IMG/VR virus record: IMGVR_UViG_3300035180_001778
Coordinates: 1 to 64,000 of that record
DNA length: 64,000 nt
Reading direction: 5' to 3' (one strand)
The translations under genes and the position numbers were made by a program. Positions 1 to 9,118 of the stretch are shown one piece after another; position 1 is the stretch's first letter, and each line of letters starts with the position of its first letter. The notes under the pieces were generated by a model. The model did no database searches and was not told where the DNA came from. It was given only the letters and a program-made list of their open reading frames with translations.

Positions 1-117
1 CTTGTACCACCAGACGTGGAACATGTTGCTCCACCAGGCGACGCTTGCGACGTTCTCCGGCAAGCTGCACGCCTTGCGGACAGCCTTCAGAGAGATGGGG
101 GGCTTTTTCTCTTTCAT
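1..117 (-). CDS. Hypothetical protein, 5' part (runs off window edge)
   Basis: ATG at 117 overlaps the upstream stop (ATGA); frame MKEKKPPISLKAVRK... is open to position 1. Confidence 0.5.
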   Translation of the reverse strand, partial: MKEKKPPISLKAVRKACSLPENVASVAWWSNMFHVWWYK

Positions 118-351
118 TTCGCGAACTTCCTCTGGATCAGATCCCGGAAGCCGCGGAGATGTTCCATCTCCGCTGTTTCGTCGGGGGCTCCGAAGGTCCC
201 GATGTACTTGTGGTGAGCGTGGGTCCCCACGCTTTTTGTGACGTACACCACCATCCCCCCGGACCGCAAGGGTGACGATGTAGGGGTTGATGGCCCACGA
301 AATGGCCATGCAAGCGGGTTCTTTTTCGGCTTTCGTTTCGGGTTCGCTCAT
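114..351 (-). pseudogene. Hypothetical protein with apparent frameshift
   Basis: MSEPETKAE...; removing one base from the C6 run at 255-260 gives ...VRGMVVYVTKSVG...RKFAK* ending in an ATGA overlap with the next gene. Confidence 0.45.
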
Positions 352-674
352 TGCTCGTGTCCTACACGACGGCGTTTGAACCGATCAACCTTCTTCTTGG
401 TCGACTTGCCGACCGGCGGCCTCAGCATCCGGCGAGCCTTGTGGTAGGCCTCCTGGATCGTCCGGCCGTAGAAGCTGTGGATGTTCATCCCGGCGAGGAG
501 ATATACCTTCCAGACGAAGCAGACACCCCGCTGCGTCTCGGGCGGGGTCGGATGCACCCCAACCTCTGTCGCCCTCGAAGCGTCCACGTAGACCTGCGAG
601 ATGCCCGCCAAGGTGTCCCGATCGCTTGCCCACTTCGCCAATTCCGTCAGGGCTTTGTCGACGTTCCACTTCAT
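348..674 (-). CDS. Hypothetical protein with basic C-terminus
   Basis: ORF MKWNVDKAL...; stop overlaps the next start. Confidence 0.7.
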   Translation of the reverse strand: MKWNVDKALTELAKWASDRDTLAGISQVYVDASRATEVGVHPTPPETQRGVCFVWKVYLLAGMNIHSFYGRTIQEAYHKARRMLRPPVGKSTKKKVDRFKRRRVGHEQ

Positions 675-691
675 GGTGTAATCTCTTGGGG

Positions 692-1081
692 ATGGCCTAC
701 GAAATTGGGGATTGGCTGGAGCTTGAAGGACCCGCCTACTGGGCTGAAGTGGTCGCTCTTTCTGCGGATGGTATCTGGCTTCTGGCGGTGGGCGAATCCG
801 TAGACACCTCATTCGAGAAGATCGAGCTTGGCTGGGCCCCGTTCAAACCGAGAGAAGGGGGCACGCTGGTCCCTCATTGGGTACACCATGACGCGGTGTT
901 CGTGGACAAGGATCCCACACACTTCCGAAATATGGTCTCCGTCGTGACCATCAAAAAGGGCTGGCTGTCTTACCGCCGGGACGACTCGAAACAATTCAGG
1001 ATTTCGTCTTGGGATGACTTCTGTTTGGAATGGTCGCCTTTGAAGCATCCCACGGCCTGGGATGCCATCCTGGAGGATTGA
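692..1081 (+). CDS. Hypothetical protein with C-terminal tag (HPTAWDAILED)
   Basis: GGTGTA motif at 675-680, 11 nt before ATG 692. Confidence 0.75.
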   Translation: MAYEIGDWLELEGPAYWAEVVALSADGIWLLAVGESVDTSFEKIELGWAPFKPREGGTLVPHWVHHDAVFVDKDPTHFRNMVSVVTIKKGWLSYRRDDSKQFRISSWDDFCLEWSPLKHPTAWDAILED

Positions 1082-1082
1082 T

Positions 1083-1445
1083 ATGCCTGACCTGGTTATT
1101 TGGGATCTGAGATTCCCCACCTCGAACTCCGAGGAGTTCACTCGTTTCCGTCACTTTCAATCAGTCTTGAGAAGCGACGAGCATGTTCAAGAGGTGCATG
1201 TCTATTCACCCCCAAACAGTGCTCAGTCTGAAATGACTGTCTGCTTCCGAGACGGGTATAGCCGGCCTCACACCCATGAAGTCCAAGGGCTCAATGTTCT
1301 GTATCCCGCTCGATGGGCGATGGGGCAACCCCAGCTCATTCGCAAATTCGTGAGCCACATCGACTATAAGCACTATGGGCCGTCTTCGGTGCCGAGTGTT
1401 CGGACGTGGCATGAGCGTCTGATGAAAGAAGACGAAGACTTCTGA
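1083..1445 (+). CDS. Hypothetical protein with C-terminal tag (RTWHERLMKEDEDF)
   Basis: Starts 1 nt after the previous stop. Confidence 0.75.
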   Translation: MPDLVIWDLRFPTSNSEEFTRFRHFQSVLRSDEHVQEVHVYSPPNSAQSEMTVCFRDGYSRPHTHEVQGLNVLYPARWAMGQPQLIRKFVSHIDYKHYGPSSVPSVRTWHERLMKEDEDF

Positions 1446-1571
1446 TTTCTGTCCGAGACACGATATCTCTGGTGTAGAGTGGGTATACGACCGGGGCTCA
1501 GAGGAGTCTCTGTCTCCCTCGGAGTCCTCAGTGGAGGACCGAGGGTCGAAACACTCACACAGAGGTGTGTC

Positions 1572-2420
1572 ATGGCGAAGATCAAGGAAGGCTCGAACTC
1601 GTTTCTACTCCAGACCCTCACGGCGGTTCTCGCTTCGGAGGGCGCTCTCCGGCCCGACAAGGTGGACGCGGTGCGGACCAAGTTCCTGGAGCGGCTGATG
1701 TCGGAGCCGATGGGCAAGCAGTACCCGGCGGAGACGAACCGCCACGCCTGGACGATACTATCCAGGCTCTTCCCCGTCACGGAACAGGCGCCGGTTCTGG
1801 ATCTTCACAAGGAGGTTCCGATCGAGGCGCTCAAGCTTCCGGAGGCTGTCCGTTCCAAGACGGAAGAGGCTCTTCGGAACTTCCTTCAGGGGAAGGAGGA
1901 GAAGACTCCGCCCTCGAACCCGGGCGTGAATCTCGCGCTCGATCCGGCGGACATGGACCTCCTTTTGGAGGACGTGAACGATGCCGCTCCGGCTGCCCTG
2001 AAGGATGGCCTTCAGGTGGCTCTGGAGGAAACGGCAGACCGTTTCGCGAAGGGGTTGAAGCACCCCTTCATCGATACTCTCCGTCACGACGGGAAGTACT
2101 ACACGGTCGTCGGTACGGCGGTCATTCACTCGGCGAAGCGGGCGGGTTGCACGAGGAACTCGAACTGCACGGTCAACAACCTCCGTCGCATCAAGGACGC
2201 GGATGAGCGCATCCTGGTCCACCGCGACGGTCGTCCGATGGTCGTCTCTCGCGAGCTGGAGAATGGTGGCGGGGTCTGCTTCGTCTGGCTTCTTCACCAG
2301 AAGCCGGGGCTGGGCATCCGGTTCTGGCTGAACGAGAGGGACAACGGGACCTCGAAGGACAACCCGCGGGGGACCTTCCGGGTCACGCTGACTGAGGATG
2401 GCTGGAAGAAGGCCGGCTGA
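1572..2420 (+). CDS. Hypothetical protein, 282 aa
   Basis: AGAGG SD before ATG 1572; followed by a terminator. Confidence 0.8.
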   Translation: MAKIKEGSNSFLLQTLTAVLASEGALRPDKVDAVRTKFLERLMSEPMGKQYPAETNRHAWTILSRLFPVTEQAPVLDLHKEVPIEALKLPEAVRSKTEEALRNFLQGKEEKTPPSNPGVNLALDPADMDLLLEDVNDAAPAALKDGLQVALEETADRFAKGLKHPFIDTLRHDGKYYTVVGTAVIHSAKRAGCTRNSNCTVNNLRRIKDADERILVHRDGRPMVVSRELENGGGVCFVWLLHQKPGLGIRFWLNERDNGTSKDNPRGTFRVTLTEDGWKKAG

Positions 2421-2424
2421 AACG

Positions 2425-2463
2425 AAAAAAGCCCCCGGAGCGAGATGCTCCGGGGGCTTTTTT
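2425..2463. terminator. Bidirectional intrinsic terminator
   Basis: AAAAAA-GCCCCCGGAGC-gagat-GCTCCGGGGGC-TTTTTT between convergent genes. Confidence 0.9.
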
Positions 2464-2467
2464 GCGT

Positions 2468-2761
2468 TCACTTCCCGTAGGGGAGCGAAGCGAGGCGGTC
2501 CTTGACGGCCTTCAGCACGCTGGGGCTGAGGTTCGCGAGGAGCGCAGCCTGAGCGCTGGCGAGCTGGTTGAGTAAGCCGGCGGCGGCTTCGAACATGGCG
2601 CGGTCACCCTTCTTGGCCTTGGCCTTGGTGGTCGCCCACGCAGCCACGGCGTTGATGGTGGTGTCCACGGTCTTCTTGGCCACGGTCTTCTTGGCCGAGC
2701 GCTTGGTGCGCTTCGGGGTTGCAGTTGCGGTCGCGGTCGGAATCGAAGTGAGGTCGGTCAT
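2468..2761 (-). CDS. Small basic Lys/Ala-rich protein (possible DNA binding)
   Basis: KRTKRSAKKTVAKKTV; GGTGTA motif 10 nt upstream. Confidence 0.7.
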   Translation of the reverse strand: MTDLTSIPTATATATPKRTKRSAKKTVAKKTVDTTINAVAAWATTKAKAKKGDRAMFEAAAGLLNQLASAQAALLANLSPSVLKAVKDRLASLPYGK

Positions 2762-2804
2762 ACTTCCGTAGTACACCAGAAATTATCCCGGACATTCAGA
2801 GATT

Positions 2805-3230
2805 TCACAGAGGATGCGAAATCTCTGTTGCCAACCGCTGTCCGAGGTCATAGGCAGTCCGGGTTCCCTCGGAAGGGAATCTAGCTGCATCGCACCCCGC
2901 GAAGAATGAGATAGTCCCGGCGACCCCGACGCCGAGGAGCCTGCTTACCGTGGCGGTGGGAGCATACCTAACCCGCATTTCGTAGATGTAGGTCTCGGCG
3001 CCTTGATTCTCGTTGAGAATCAAGGCGCCGAGGAGATTCACAGGAAGTCCTGGGTTCGATCTCCATGGTGTGCCTTGTACCCACACGTGGGAGTCTTCGT
3101 CATAGGTGACGCCCCAGTCGCCGGACTGGACGATGATGCCGCGGGCTTTGCAGGCGAGGCAGGCCGCCGTGATCCGTTCTTCGATCTCATCGAAGTCGTT
3201 GAGGATCAGGTCCCAAGCCGTCGTGCTCAT
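2805..3230 (-). CDS. Hypothetical protein with N-terminal tag (MSTTAWDLILNDFD)
   Basis: ORF; GGTGTA motif 9 nt upstream. Confidence 0.75.
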   Translation of the reverse strand: MSTTAWDLILNDFDEIEERITAACLACKARGIIVQSGDWGVTYDEDSHVWVQGTPWRSNPGLPVNLLGALILNENQGAETYIYEMRVRYAPTATVSRLLGVGVAGTISFFAGCDAARFPSEGTRTAYDLGQRLATEISHPL

Positions 3231-3469
3231 GGCCCGGCATACACCAGAAGCTTCTTGGCCATCAACGACATGAGGATCGCGTCGTTGAGGATGGGGCTCT
3301 TTTTTTGAAGGTCAGGGATCGGATCCGGGGCGTAGTACTCCGTGAGGAGGTCGCGCACGGCTGTCTCCGGCATCGGTGGCAACTTGAAGTCGTTGCAGCC
3401 GTGATTGCCGAACTCGTCGGCCGCCATCTCCAGGAGGATGCCCGCCAGCCGCATCTCGCTTGGGGTCAC
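3227..3469 (-). CDS. Hypothetical protein
   Basis: 80-aa ORF with 4-nt overlaps on both sides. Confidence 0.7.
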   Translation of the reverse strand: MTPSEMRLAGILLEMAADEFGNHGCNDFKLPPMPETAVRDLLTEYYAPDPIPDLQKKSPILNDAILMSLMAKKLLVYAGP

Positions 3470-3948
3470 AGGTCATCCTCCAGGATCTTGGCCCAAGCAT
3501 TCAACGGGCCCGCGACAACAGCCGGCGTGTCCTCCCAGAGGAGCTGCCCCTTCAGGTGAACCGGCCGCCAGAGGTGAGCCCGCCGCTCCCTCTTCCATGT
3601 GTTGTAGGGCACCTTCTGGTAGTCCCCGCCCTCGGTCGGCCAGTAAACGAAGGTCGGATTCCCGATTTCTTCGTCGGCGGTCATGTCCTGGTTCGGGTGG
3701 AAGAAGGCGTGGCCGGGGCCCTTCGCGAGCTGGACATAGCTCGGATTTGCGCCTTCCGGCTTCATGAGCTTGCGGGCGGTGAGTTCCGCGCAGCCCTTCA
3801 CCTCCATGGCGTTCTCCACGAACGCCTTCCTGAAGAGGTCTGCAACCCGGTCAGTCATTTCTGAGTTCGGAGTGAGAAAGAGGACGGATCCTCCATCGAG
3901 CACAGTCTGTGCGACTTCCAGGCGGAGTTTCTTGTCGAGCTTGGGCAT
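3466..3948 (-). CDS. Hypothetical protein with C-terminal tag (LNAWAKILEDDL)
   Basis: ORF; GGTGTA motif 13 nt upstream. Confidence 0.8.
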   Translation of the reverse strand: MPKLDKKLRLEVAQTVLDGGSVLFLTPNSEMTDRVADLFRKAFVENAMEVKGCAELTARKLMKPEGANPSYVQLAKGPGHAFFHPNQDMTADEEIGNPTFVYWPTEGGDYQKVPYNTWKRERRAHLWRPVHLKGQLLWEDTPAVVAGPLNAWAKILEDDL

Positions 3949-3968
3949 GGCTTTTTTTACTTACACCA

Positions 3969-3996
3969 GTTGATCCGAATCCAGGTCGGACTGTAG
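3969..3996 (+). promoter_or_regulatory. Class I promoter-like motif
   Basis: GTTGATC-N16-TGTAG-N7-ATG 4004. Confidence 0.8.
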
Positions 3997-4003
3997 AGGC
4001 TAC

Positions 4004-4690
4004 ATGAAGCACACCGTTCTGGTCATACTCTCTGGTTTTGTCCTCGGTTGCGGCACGGACTACACGGTCCCGTGGCCCGACACCACCTCCAGCTCGTCTT
4101 CGACGGCCTCCAGCTCGTCTTCGACGACTTCATCCAGCTCCTCGGCTTCCTCCAGCTCCGGCACGGGCGGCGAAGGTGGAACCACGGTCTCCGTGTCGTC
4201 CAGCTCCAGCTCCTCGGGTACGGGCGGCTCCAGCGAGACCTCGTCCGGTACGGGCGGCACGGGAGGGACGTCTGGACTCGGCGGAGCTGGGGGTGAGATG
4301 GGGACGACGGGTGGGATGGACGGAGGGACGAGCGATACCAGCTCGTCGACCTCCGTTTCGGCGTCTTCGTCTTCGGGTGGCGGATTCTGCGCGACGGATG
4401 GGGATCTCTGTCCCGACGGAGTCTGCCTCGACGAAGTCTGCCTGCCCCATGTGCCCGTCGTCTGTGCTGTTCCGCAGCCTGGCGGCGGGTACTACACGGT
4501 GCTCGGGTGCTACGGGTCGGGGGATACTTCCCCAAACGGGTACAAGCTCTACCAGGGGAAGTGGAACGACCCGATGAGGAAGCTCCTCTGCTCGGGTGAC
4601 CCGGCCGACCTCGGCTTCTGCAAGCACGGAAGCATCTGCACGGCAGAGAGCAAGGTCGGCGGATGGTTCATCGAGGGGACCTGCTTCTAG
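4004..4690 (+). CDS. Lipoprotein with Ser/Gly/Thr low-complexity linker and Cys-rich C-terminal domain
   Basis: Signal peptide with lipobox VLGC; SSSSSGTGG repeats; CPDGVC and further Cys. Confidence 0.8.
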   Translation: MKHTVLVILSGFVLGCGTDYTVPWPDTTSSSSSTASSSSSTTSSSSSASSSSGTGGEGGTTVSVSSSSSSSGTGGSSETSSGTGGTGGTSGLGGAGGEMGTTGGMDGGTSDTSSSTSVSASSSSGGGFCATDGDLCPDGVCLDEVCLPHVPVVCAVPQPGGGYYTVLGCYGSGDTSPNGYKLYQGKWNDPMRKLLCSGDPADLGFCKHGSICTAESKVGGWFIEGTCF

Positions 4691-5124
4691 GCCCGCTTCC
4701 CGCCGTGAAGATGCGCGCGCCCTGCGTTCATCAGCATCTTCACGGCGACAGCCTTCGCCACATCGACGTTGAAGGCTTCGGCCCGATCGAGAGTCCGAAT
4801 GAAGGAGTCCGCGACTTCTTCTTCGGCGCTCGTGAGAACGGGTAGCCCCATCGAGCGCATCTTCTCGGCCTTATCGCACTCCGAGAAGAGAGTCCCATCC
4901 CGAAACGATTCCCAAAACTCGGCCAGCTCGCCGACCTCGTTCATCGTCATCACGGCAGCTCGGATGAGGATGCCGATCGGGCCCGCGATCTGAGTTGCCG
5001 TCAAGCCCTCCATGAGCTTCTCACGGAAGCCCTTCTTCGTCGAGTTCTCGACGACAAGGTCCTTGAGGTTGTTGAGGATGCTGAGGCCCTTGATGAAGGA
5101 CTCGGGAGAGGACATGTCTAGCAT
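4687..5124 (-). CDS. MazG-like nucleotide pyrophosphohydrolase
   Basis: GELAEFWE...EEEVADSFIR...VDVAKAVAVKM..N..R..LHG pattern. Confidence 0.75.
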   Translation of the reverse strand: MLDMSSPESFIKGLSILNNLKDLVVENSTKKGFREKLMEGLTATQIAGPIGILIRAAVMTMNEVGELAEFWESFRDGTLFSECDKAEKMRSMGLPVLTSAEEEVADSFIRTLDRAEAFNVDVAKAVAVKMLMNAGRAHLHGGKRA

Positions 5125-5924
5125 GGGGCGGGACTACACCGCCCCATGCTGTCCAGCTCAGTGCATGGTGGGGGTGTCGGTCGAGGGGCTTGAGCCCTGA
5201 AGAGCCGGTAGCGATGAAACCGGACCAGCTCGACCGGAAGGATCTGCACAAGGGCCGTCGACTTTGCGCAGTCGAGGATGCATTGAGCAATCACACCATC
5301 GATTTGCGTCAGGCTCAGACCAACCAACTCGTTGGCGATGCCAGGAGCGTTGTACTTCATGCCCTGAACTTGCGCGGTGCTGCTATTCGACTGGGGCGCC
5401 ATCTCTTGAAACATCTTGTCCAAGGTGTCCAGGTGCGTCTGAATGCTCTCCAGGTCCTCGACGAACCGCTCCGGAACGACATGCACGATGTCCGCGAGGT
5501 CCTCGGGGATTCCCTTGGAGCTGCCCACGAAGACCAAAGTGTGCGTGTCGCACGGATCCAAGGTGCGCCGGCTCGCCTTGTCCCGAATGTGGCGATGAGC
5601 TTCCGGGTCCTGAAGCCAGCGATCTCCGTCGAGGATGATGTAGATCCGACGGAAGTCGTCGGACTGGGGGAGCGAAAGAAAGAACTTTCGAAAGCGGACC
5701 GGCACCAAGCGGACCGGGGGTCGCACCCCTTGCGCAAGATACTCGCGCAGAGGAACAAGACCGCGTTCGGAGTTGAACACCTCGATCCTCGTGTGGTTCT
5801 CGGGGTCTGTCGTATCCGCCGCCTTCATCCCATTCAAGATGCGGAGCAAAGCCCCTTCCTCCGCATTGACGTAGATGTGCGGGAGCATGCCGCGAAGCAG
5901 TCGAACGAATGCGTCCTTGTCCAT
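5118..5924 (-). CDS. Hypothetical protein (weak likeness to N-terminal half of Ycf46-type AAA+ proteins, no Walker A)
   Basis: 268-aa ORF; GGTGTA motif 10 nt upstream. Confidence 0.65.
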   Translation of the reverse strand: MDKDAFVRLLRGMLPHIYVNAEEGALLRILNGMKAADTTDPENHTRIEVFNSERGLVPLREYLAQGVRPPVRLVPVRFRKFFLSLPQSDDFRRIYIILDGDRWLQDPEAHRHIRDKASRRTLDPCDTHTLVFVGSSKGIPEDLADIVHVVPERFVEDLESIQTHLDTLDKMFQEMAPQSNSSTAQVQGMKYNAPGIANELVGLSLTQIDGVIAQCILDCAKSTALVQILPVELVRFHRYRLFRAQAPRPTPPPCTELDSMGRCSPAPC

Positions 5925-5964
5925 GGCTCTAGGTTACACCACGGACCCCCAAGACGACCCCAAA

Positions 5965-6792
5965 TCAGTCGTCGTCTTCGAGGAAGGGCCTCTGTAGAAC
6001 CTCGAACGCCGTCGGGAGCTTCGCATGCTCCGCAGCTCGAATCGCCGCAGTACGGGCGTTTGCTTGAGGGGCAGGCACAGCCCTGGAGGTGTGCTCGATG
6101 AAGCTCGGACGGGGCGCGGGTTCGTCAACCGAGCGGGTGCTCCGATCCGAGAAGATGACCTGCCCGTTTCGGGTTCGTCCGATCTCTCGCATGTTGGCCC
6201 CAACCAGCTCTCGACGGAACGCGGTCTGATCCGTCGGGGGGCGCGTGACATTGAAGCGCGGCTGGCTGGCTGCCCCCATTCCCGAAGGCCTCGCTTGCTG
6301 CACAGGGGGATCGTAATCCAGCTCCCCGGTCGAGAAATCGATGTCGAGGCTTCCTCGCCGCCCGGTATCCCTCGCCACAGCCCCACCCCAGATGTCCTCC
6401 AGGCTCCCCAGGGACGCCGCCGGGTCCTCAGCGGGCTCATCTTCGGAGTCGAAGGAGGCTGCATACTCACGCCGAAAGACGTTCCTGTCCTCTCGGGGAG
6501 CCCGAGGAACGGGCATGCGCTGCGTGTAGCCTTCGGCGGCCCTCATCTCTCGGAGGGCGCTGCTCGATAGGAGCATCTCGGGGGTGAGGTCGGGGAGCTG
6601 TTGACGGATCGCAGCTTGACTCGCGGTTCGGGCCATTGTTGCTGGTCGTTGTAGCTTGACTCGCGGTTCGTGTTGCTTCTGAGCGAGAAGCTGACGCAAG
6701 GAGCCTTCAAGACAGGAGCAAGCTCCCGCGATGTGGTCCTCCCAATAGATCATCTGATGACAGCTCTTGCATTGAGCAATGACGGTGGCCAT
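5965..6792 (-). CDS. Hypothetical protein with N-terminal CxxC and C-terminal tag (PTAFEVLQRPFLEDDD)
   Basis: 275-aa ORF with Cys pairs. Confidence 0.7.
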   Translation of the reverse strand: MATVIAQCKSCHQMIYWEDHIAGACSCLEGSLRQLLAQKQHEPRVKLQRPATMARTASQAAIRQQLPDLTPEMLLSSSALREMRAAEGYTQRMPVPRAPREDRNVFRREYAASFDSEDEPAEDPAASLGSLEDIWGGAVARDTGRRGSLDIDFSTGELDYDPPVQQARPSGMGAASQPRFNVTRPPTDQTAFRRELVGANMREIGRTRNGQVIFSDRSTRSVDEPAPRPSFIEHTSRAVPAPQANARTAAIRAAEHAKLPTAFEVLQRPFLEDDD

Positions 6793-6840
6793 ACCTATTT
6801 CCTACGATTCTTTGGGGAGTCCTGCAACGATAAAAGTGTC

Positions 6841-6846
6841 GGTGTA
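6841..6846 (+). promoter_or_regulatory. Class II motif GGTGTA (representative)
   Basis: 10 nt before ATG 6857. Confidence 0.65.
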
Positions 6847-6856
6847 GGGACGGGGG

Positions 6857-7246
6857 ATGTGGCAAGAGACGGAAGACGACTTGGGGTTCCCTGTTTCCTA
6901 CGTGGCCCCCGCAGCAAAAGTCCCGTCTGTGAAGAGACCTTCCCGCACCAAAAAACCCGTCCCTGTTCCTGGAAACCCCAAGAACAAGTTCGATCACCGG
7001 CTCTCGGATGTGCGGGCTCCCGCTCTCACGGACCCTTGTTGGGTGGGGTGGACCGCCCCCATCTCCAAGTACTTGTCGGAACCTCGGACGTGGCCCCAGC
7101 TCGAAGCGTGGCGGAAGACGTCGGGGGTCTCCTCTGCCCTTCTACGGCATGGTCTCGCATGGCTCGAAGAGATGGGGCACGCGAGGTCGTACTCTCAGAA
7201 GGACGTCATCTACTGGGCTTCAAACATCACAGATTGTAGCGTTTGA
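6857..7246 (+). CDS. Hypothetical protein
   Basis: GGTGTA at 6841, 10 nt before ATG. Confidence 0.7.
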   Translation: MWQETEDDLGFPVSYVAPAAKVPSVKRPSRTKKPVPVPGNPKNKFDHRLSDVRAPALTDPCWVGWTAPISKYLSEPRTWPQLEAWRKTSGVSSALLRHGLAWLEEMGHARSYSQKDVIYWASNITDCSV

Positions 7247-8270
7247 GGCTCTTCTCCAGCATCTCGCTCTGACGTGAAGAGAGGGGCTTCTTGTCCCTCA
7301 TCAGGGTGTTGACGTTCTTCGCGAAGTTCGCGACCCACATGTCATCCTGCTCCGTTGCTGTGTCGATGAGCTTGATGCAGCGAATCCGCAATTTGGTGAT
7401 GCGCTCTTCCTCCTCGAACTTGGATCGGGCCCCCTGTTGCTTCTCGGCCAACAGCCTGGAGATCTCCGCCGGCTGCGACATCAAGAGACGGTAGCGAGCG
7501 AACCCCTTTTCGAGGGTGGCACTTTGAGCCGGGGATAGGTTCCAGGTGGTGCCCGCTCGTTCGAGCCTTGTTGCGATATCCCGAGCGAAGTTGTGCATCC
7601 ATGCGTCGTCGGAGACTTCCGCAGCACGGGCAAGAAGCCTTGCTCGGTCGATGAAGACTCGCTTCTCGGTGCGAGCTTCTTGGTCGTGCTCGTAGGGCCG
7701 GTTTGCAGCTCGTGACATGGCCTGTCGAACGGCCTGTCGAAATGGGCTCAGAGAGAAGGGGGTTGTCACCATGATGGTCTGCTTTCCTTTATCACCCCCA
7801 AAAAGCACAGCTTCATGGGCGCCCCACTCGACCGTAGGGAAAGTTTCGTCGAATACGTGATCTGCGTCGACCAACGGGTCTTCAGAATACCCCAAAGTCA
7901 CATGAGGCTTGAACTCGGGCCATTTCTTCGAGAAATCGACCCCGGCTGAGTCGAAGGCGTCCTGGAGAACTCGGTGGAAGTCGTGAAGGGCGTTGGAGTC
8001 CACCAGAGCGATCATGGGGGTCTTCTTCCCCTCCTGAGAAGGGAAAGTTGCCGCTCGACTCGTCTGCACTGAGAATGGCCTGGTCTTCGAGGCTACATCG
8101 TACAGCACACGAATGGCCTCGGTCAGAGTCTCAATGGGCACATCGTCCCCCAGATGGAGCAGCGTGATGTGCGCCTGATCCATGGGTTCCGGATTCCCAA
8201 ATCCCTTGAGGTCGATCTGCTTCAAGAGTTGAGCAGTCTCGGGCGGTACACGAAGTCTGATCATGGCCAT
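7227..8270 (-). CDS. 2H phosphoesterase (2'-5' RNA ligase-like) with C-terminal helical extension
   Basis: Two HxT motifs: AHITLLHL and PHVTLGY. Confidence 0.8.
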   Translation of the reverse strand: MAMIRLRVPPETAQLLKQIDLKGFGNPEPMDQAHITLLHLGDDVPIETLTEAIRVLYDVASKTRPFSVQTSRAATFPSQEGKKTPMIALVDSNALHDFHRVLQDAFDSAGVDFSKKWPEFKPHVTLGYSEDPLVDADHVFDETFPTVEWGAHEAVLFGGDKGKQTIMVTTPFSLSPFRQAVRQAMSRAANRPYEHDQEARTEKRVFIDRARLLARAAEVSDDAWMHNFARDIATRLERAGTTWNLSPAQSATLEKGFARYRLLMSQPAEISRLLAEKQQGARSKFEEEERITKLRIRCIKLIDTATEQDDMWVANFAKNVNTLMRDKKPLSSRQSEMLEKSLKRYNL

Positions 8271-8303
8271 CGTGTATAGGGTTTTTTTAGGAAGATCCTC
8301 AGT

Positions 8304-9047
8304 GTGATCCTGAACCTTCCTCCGTCCGCTGGGCTTGCTCGTGAGCAGGCGATCCGAGCACTCGTCGCAGACGGGACCTTCGACCCTATTCTGTGGTCCA
8401 CGGTCACCTCCGACCATGGCGAGCACCACGCCGAGTTCCAGGTCTTCTCGGATGCCCTCAAAATCGAGGGCATCCGGATCAACGCTTCCGCCGAGACAGA
8501 GCAACACCTCGCGGATCTTCTCGGCTGCTCTCTGCTCACCCCGAAGCTGGCGGATCTCATCTGGGCGCAGAAGTCCGTCTCTTTGGAGCCGTCGATTCAG
8601 CCGTTCGATTCTTCCACGGCGGCGATGCTCGCACACAGCTCACGGATCGATGCAGCTCTTGCCGCTCAAGGCAACCCCCAGGGCATCGTGTGCAACGTCG
8701 GCAAGCACTGGGTCATCGACAACGCGATTCTCTCCCACCCGGGCTTCGTCGAGAACTACGGCTGGCACTTCGAGGGCGTGGGGTTCAAGGGCATCCGAGG
8801 GGAAGCCAATGTCTCTCTCACGAAGGACTCCAAGGGGCGCTTCGTCCGCGTCATTCAGGGTTGTGGGTGGCAACACAACATGGCGCACACGGACTACAGC
8901 CAGACGGTCACCCTCGTCTCGTTGGGCTGCACGGTCGACGGTCAGGACATGCACCTGTTCGACGTGTTCCGGAGCCCGGAGCTGGCGCCCCTCGTGAGCC
9001 ACAACGGAGCGCTGAAGCTCGTGCGTCTTCCTGGCGTGGGCCAATGA
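8304..9047 (+). CDS. Hypothetical protein (NYGWH...HN.AHTDYSQ motif)
   Basis: 247-aa GC3-rich ORF ending at a terminator. Confidence 0.75.
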   Translation: MILNLPPSAGLAREQAIRALVADGTFDPILWSTVTSDHGEHHAEFQVFSDALKIEGIRINASAETEQHLADLLGCSLLTPKLADLIWAQKSVSLEPSIQPFDSSTAAMLAHSSRIDAALAAQGNPQGIVCNVGKHWVIDNAILSHPGFVENYGWHFEGVGFKGIRGEANVSLTKDSKGRFVRVIQGCGWQHNMAHTDYSQTVTLVSLGCTVDGQDMHLFDVFRSPELAPLVSHNGALKLVRLPGVGQ

Positions 9048-9079
9048 AAAAAGCCCGGGAAGCCAAGACTTCCCGGGCT
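9047..9079 (-). terminator. Intrinsic terminator
   Basis: AGCCCGGGAAG-ccaaga-CTTCCCGGGCT stem with adjacent A-run (U-tract on the minus strand). Confidence 0.8.
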
Positions 9080-9118
9080 CCCATGCCCACTCACCACGAC
9101 CGACCCAGAGAAACCAGC

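Noticed and set aside
4080-4400. Short DNA repeats in the lipoprotein gene as a repeat array
   Set aside because: Fully explained by Ser/Thr/Gly low-complexity coding.
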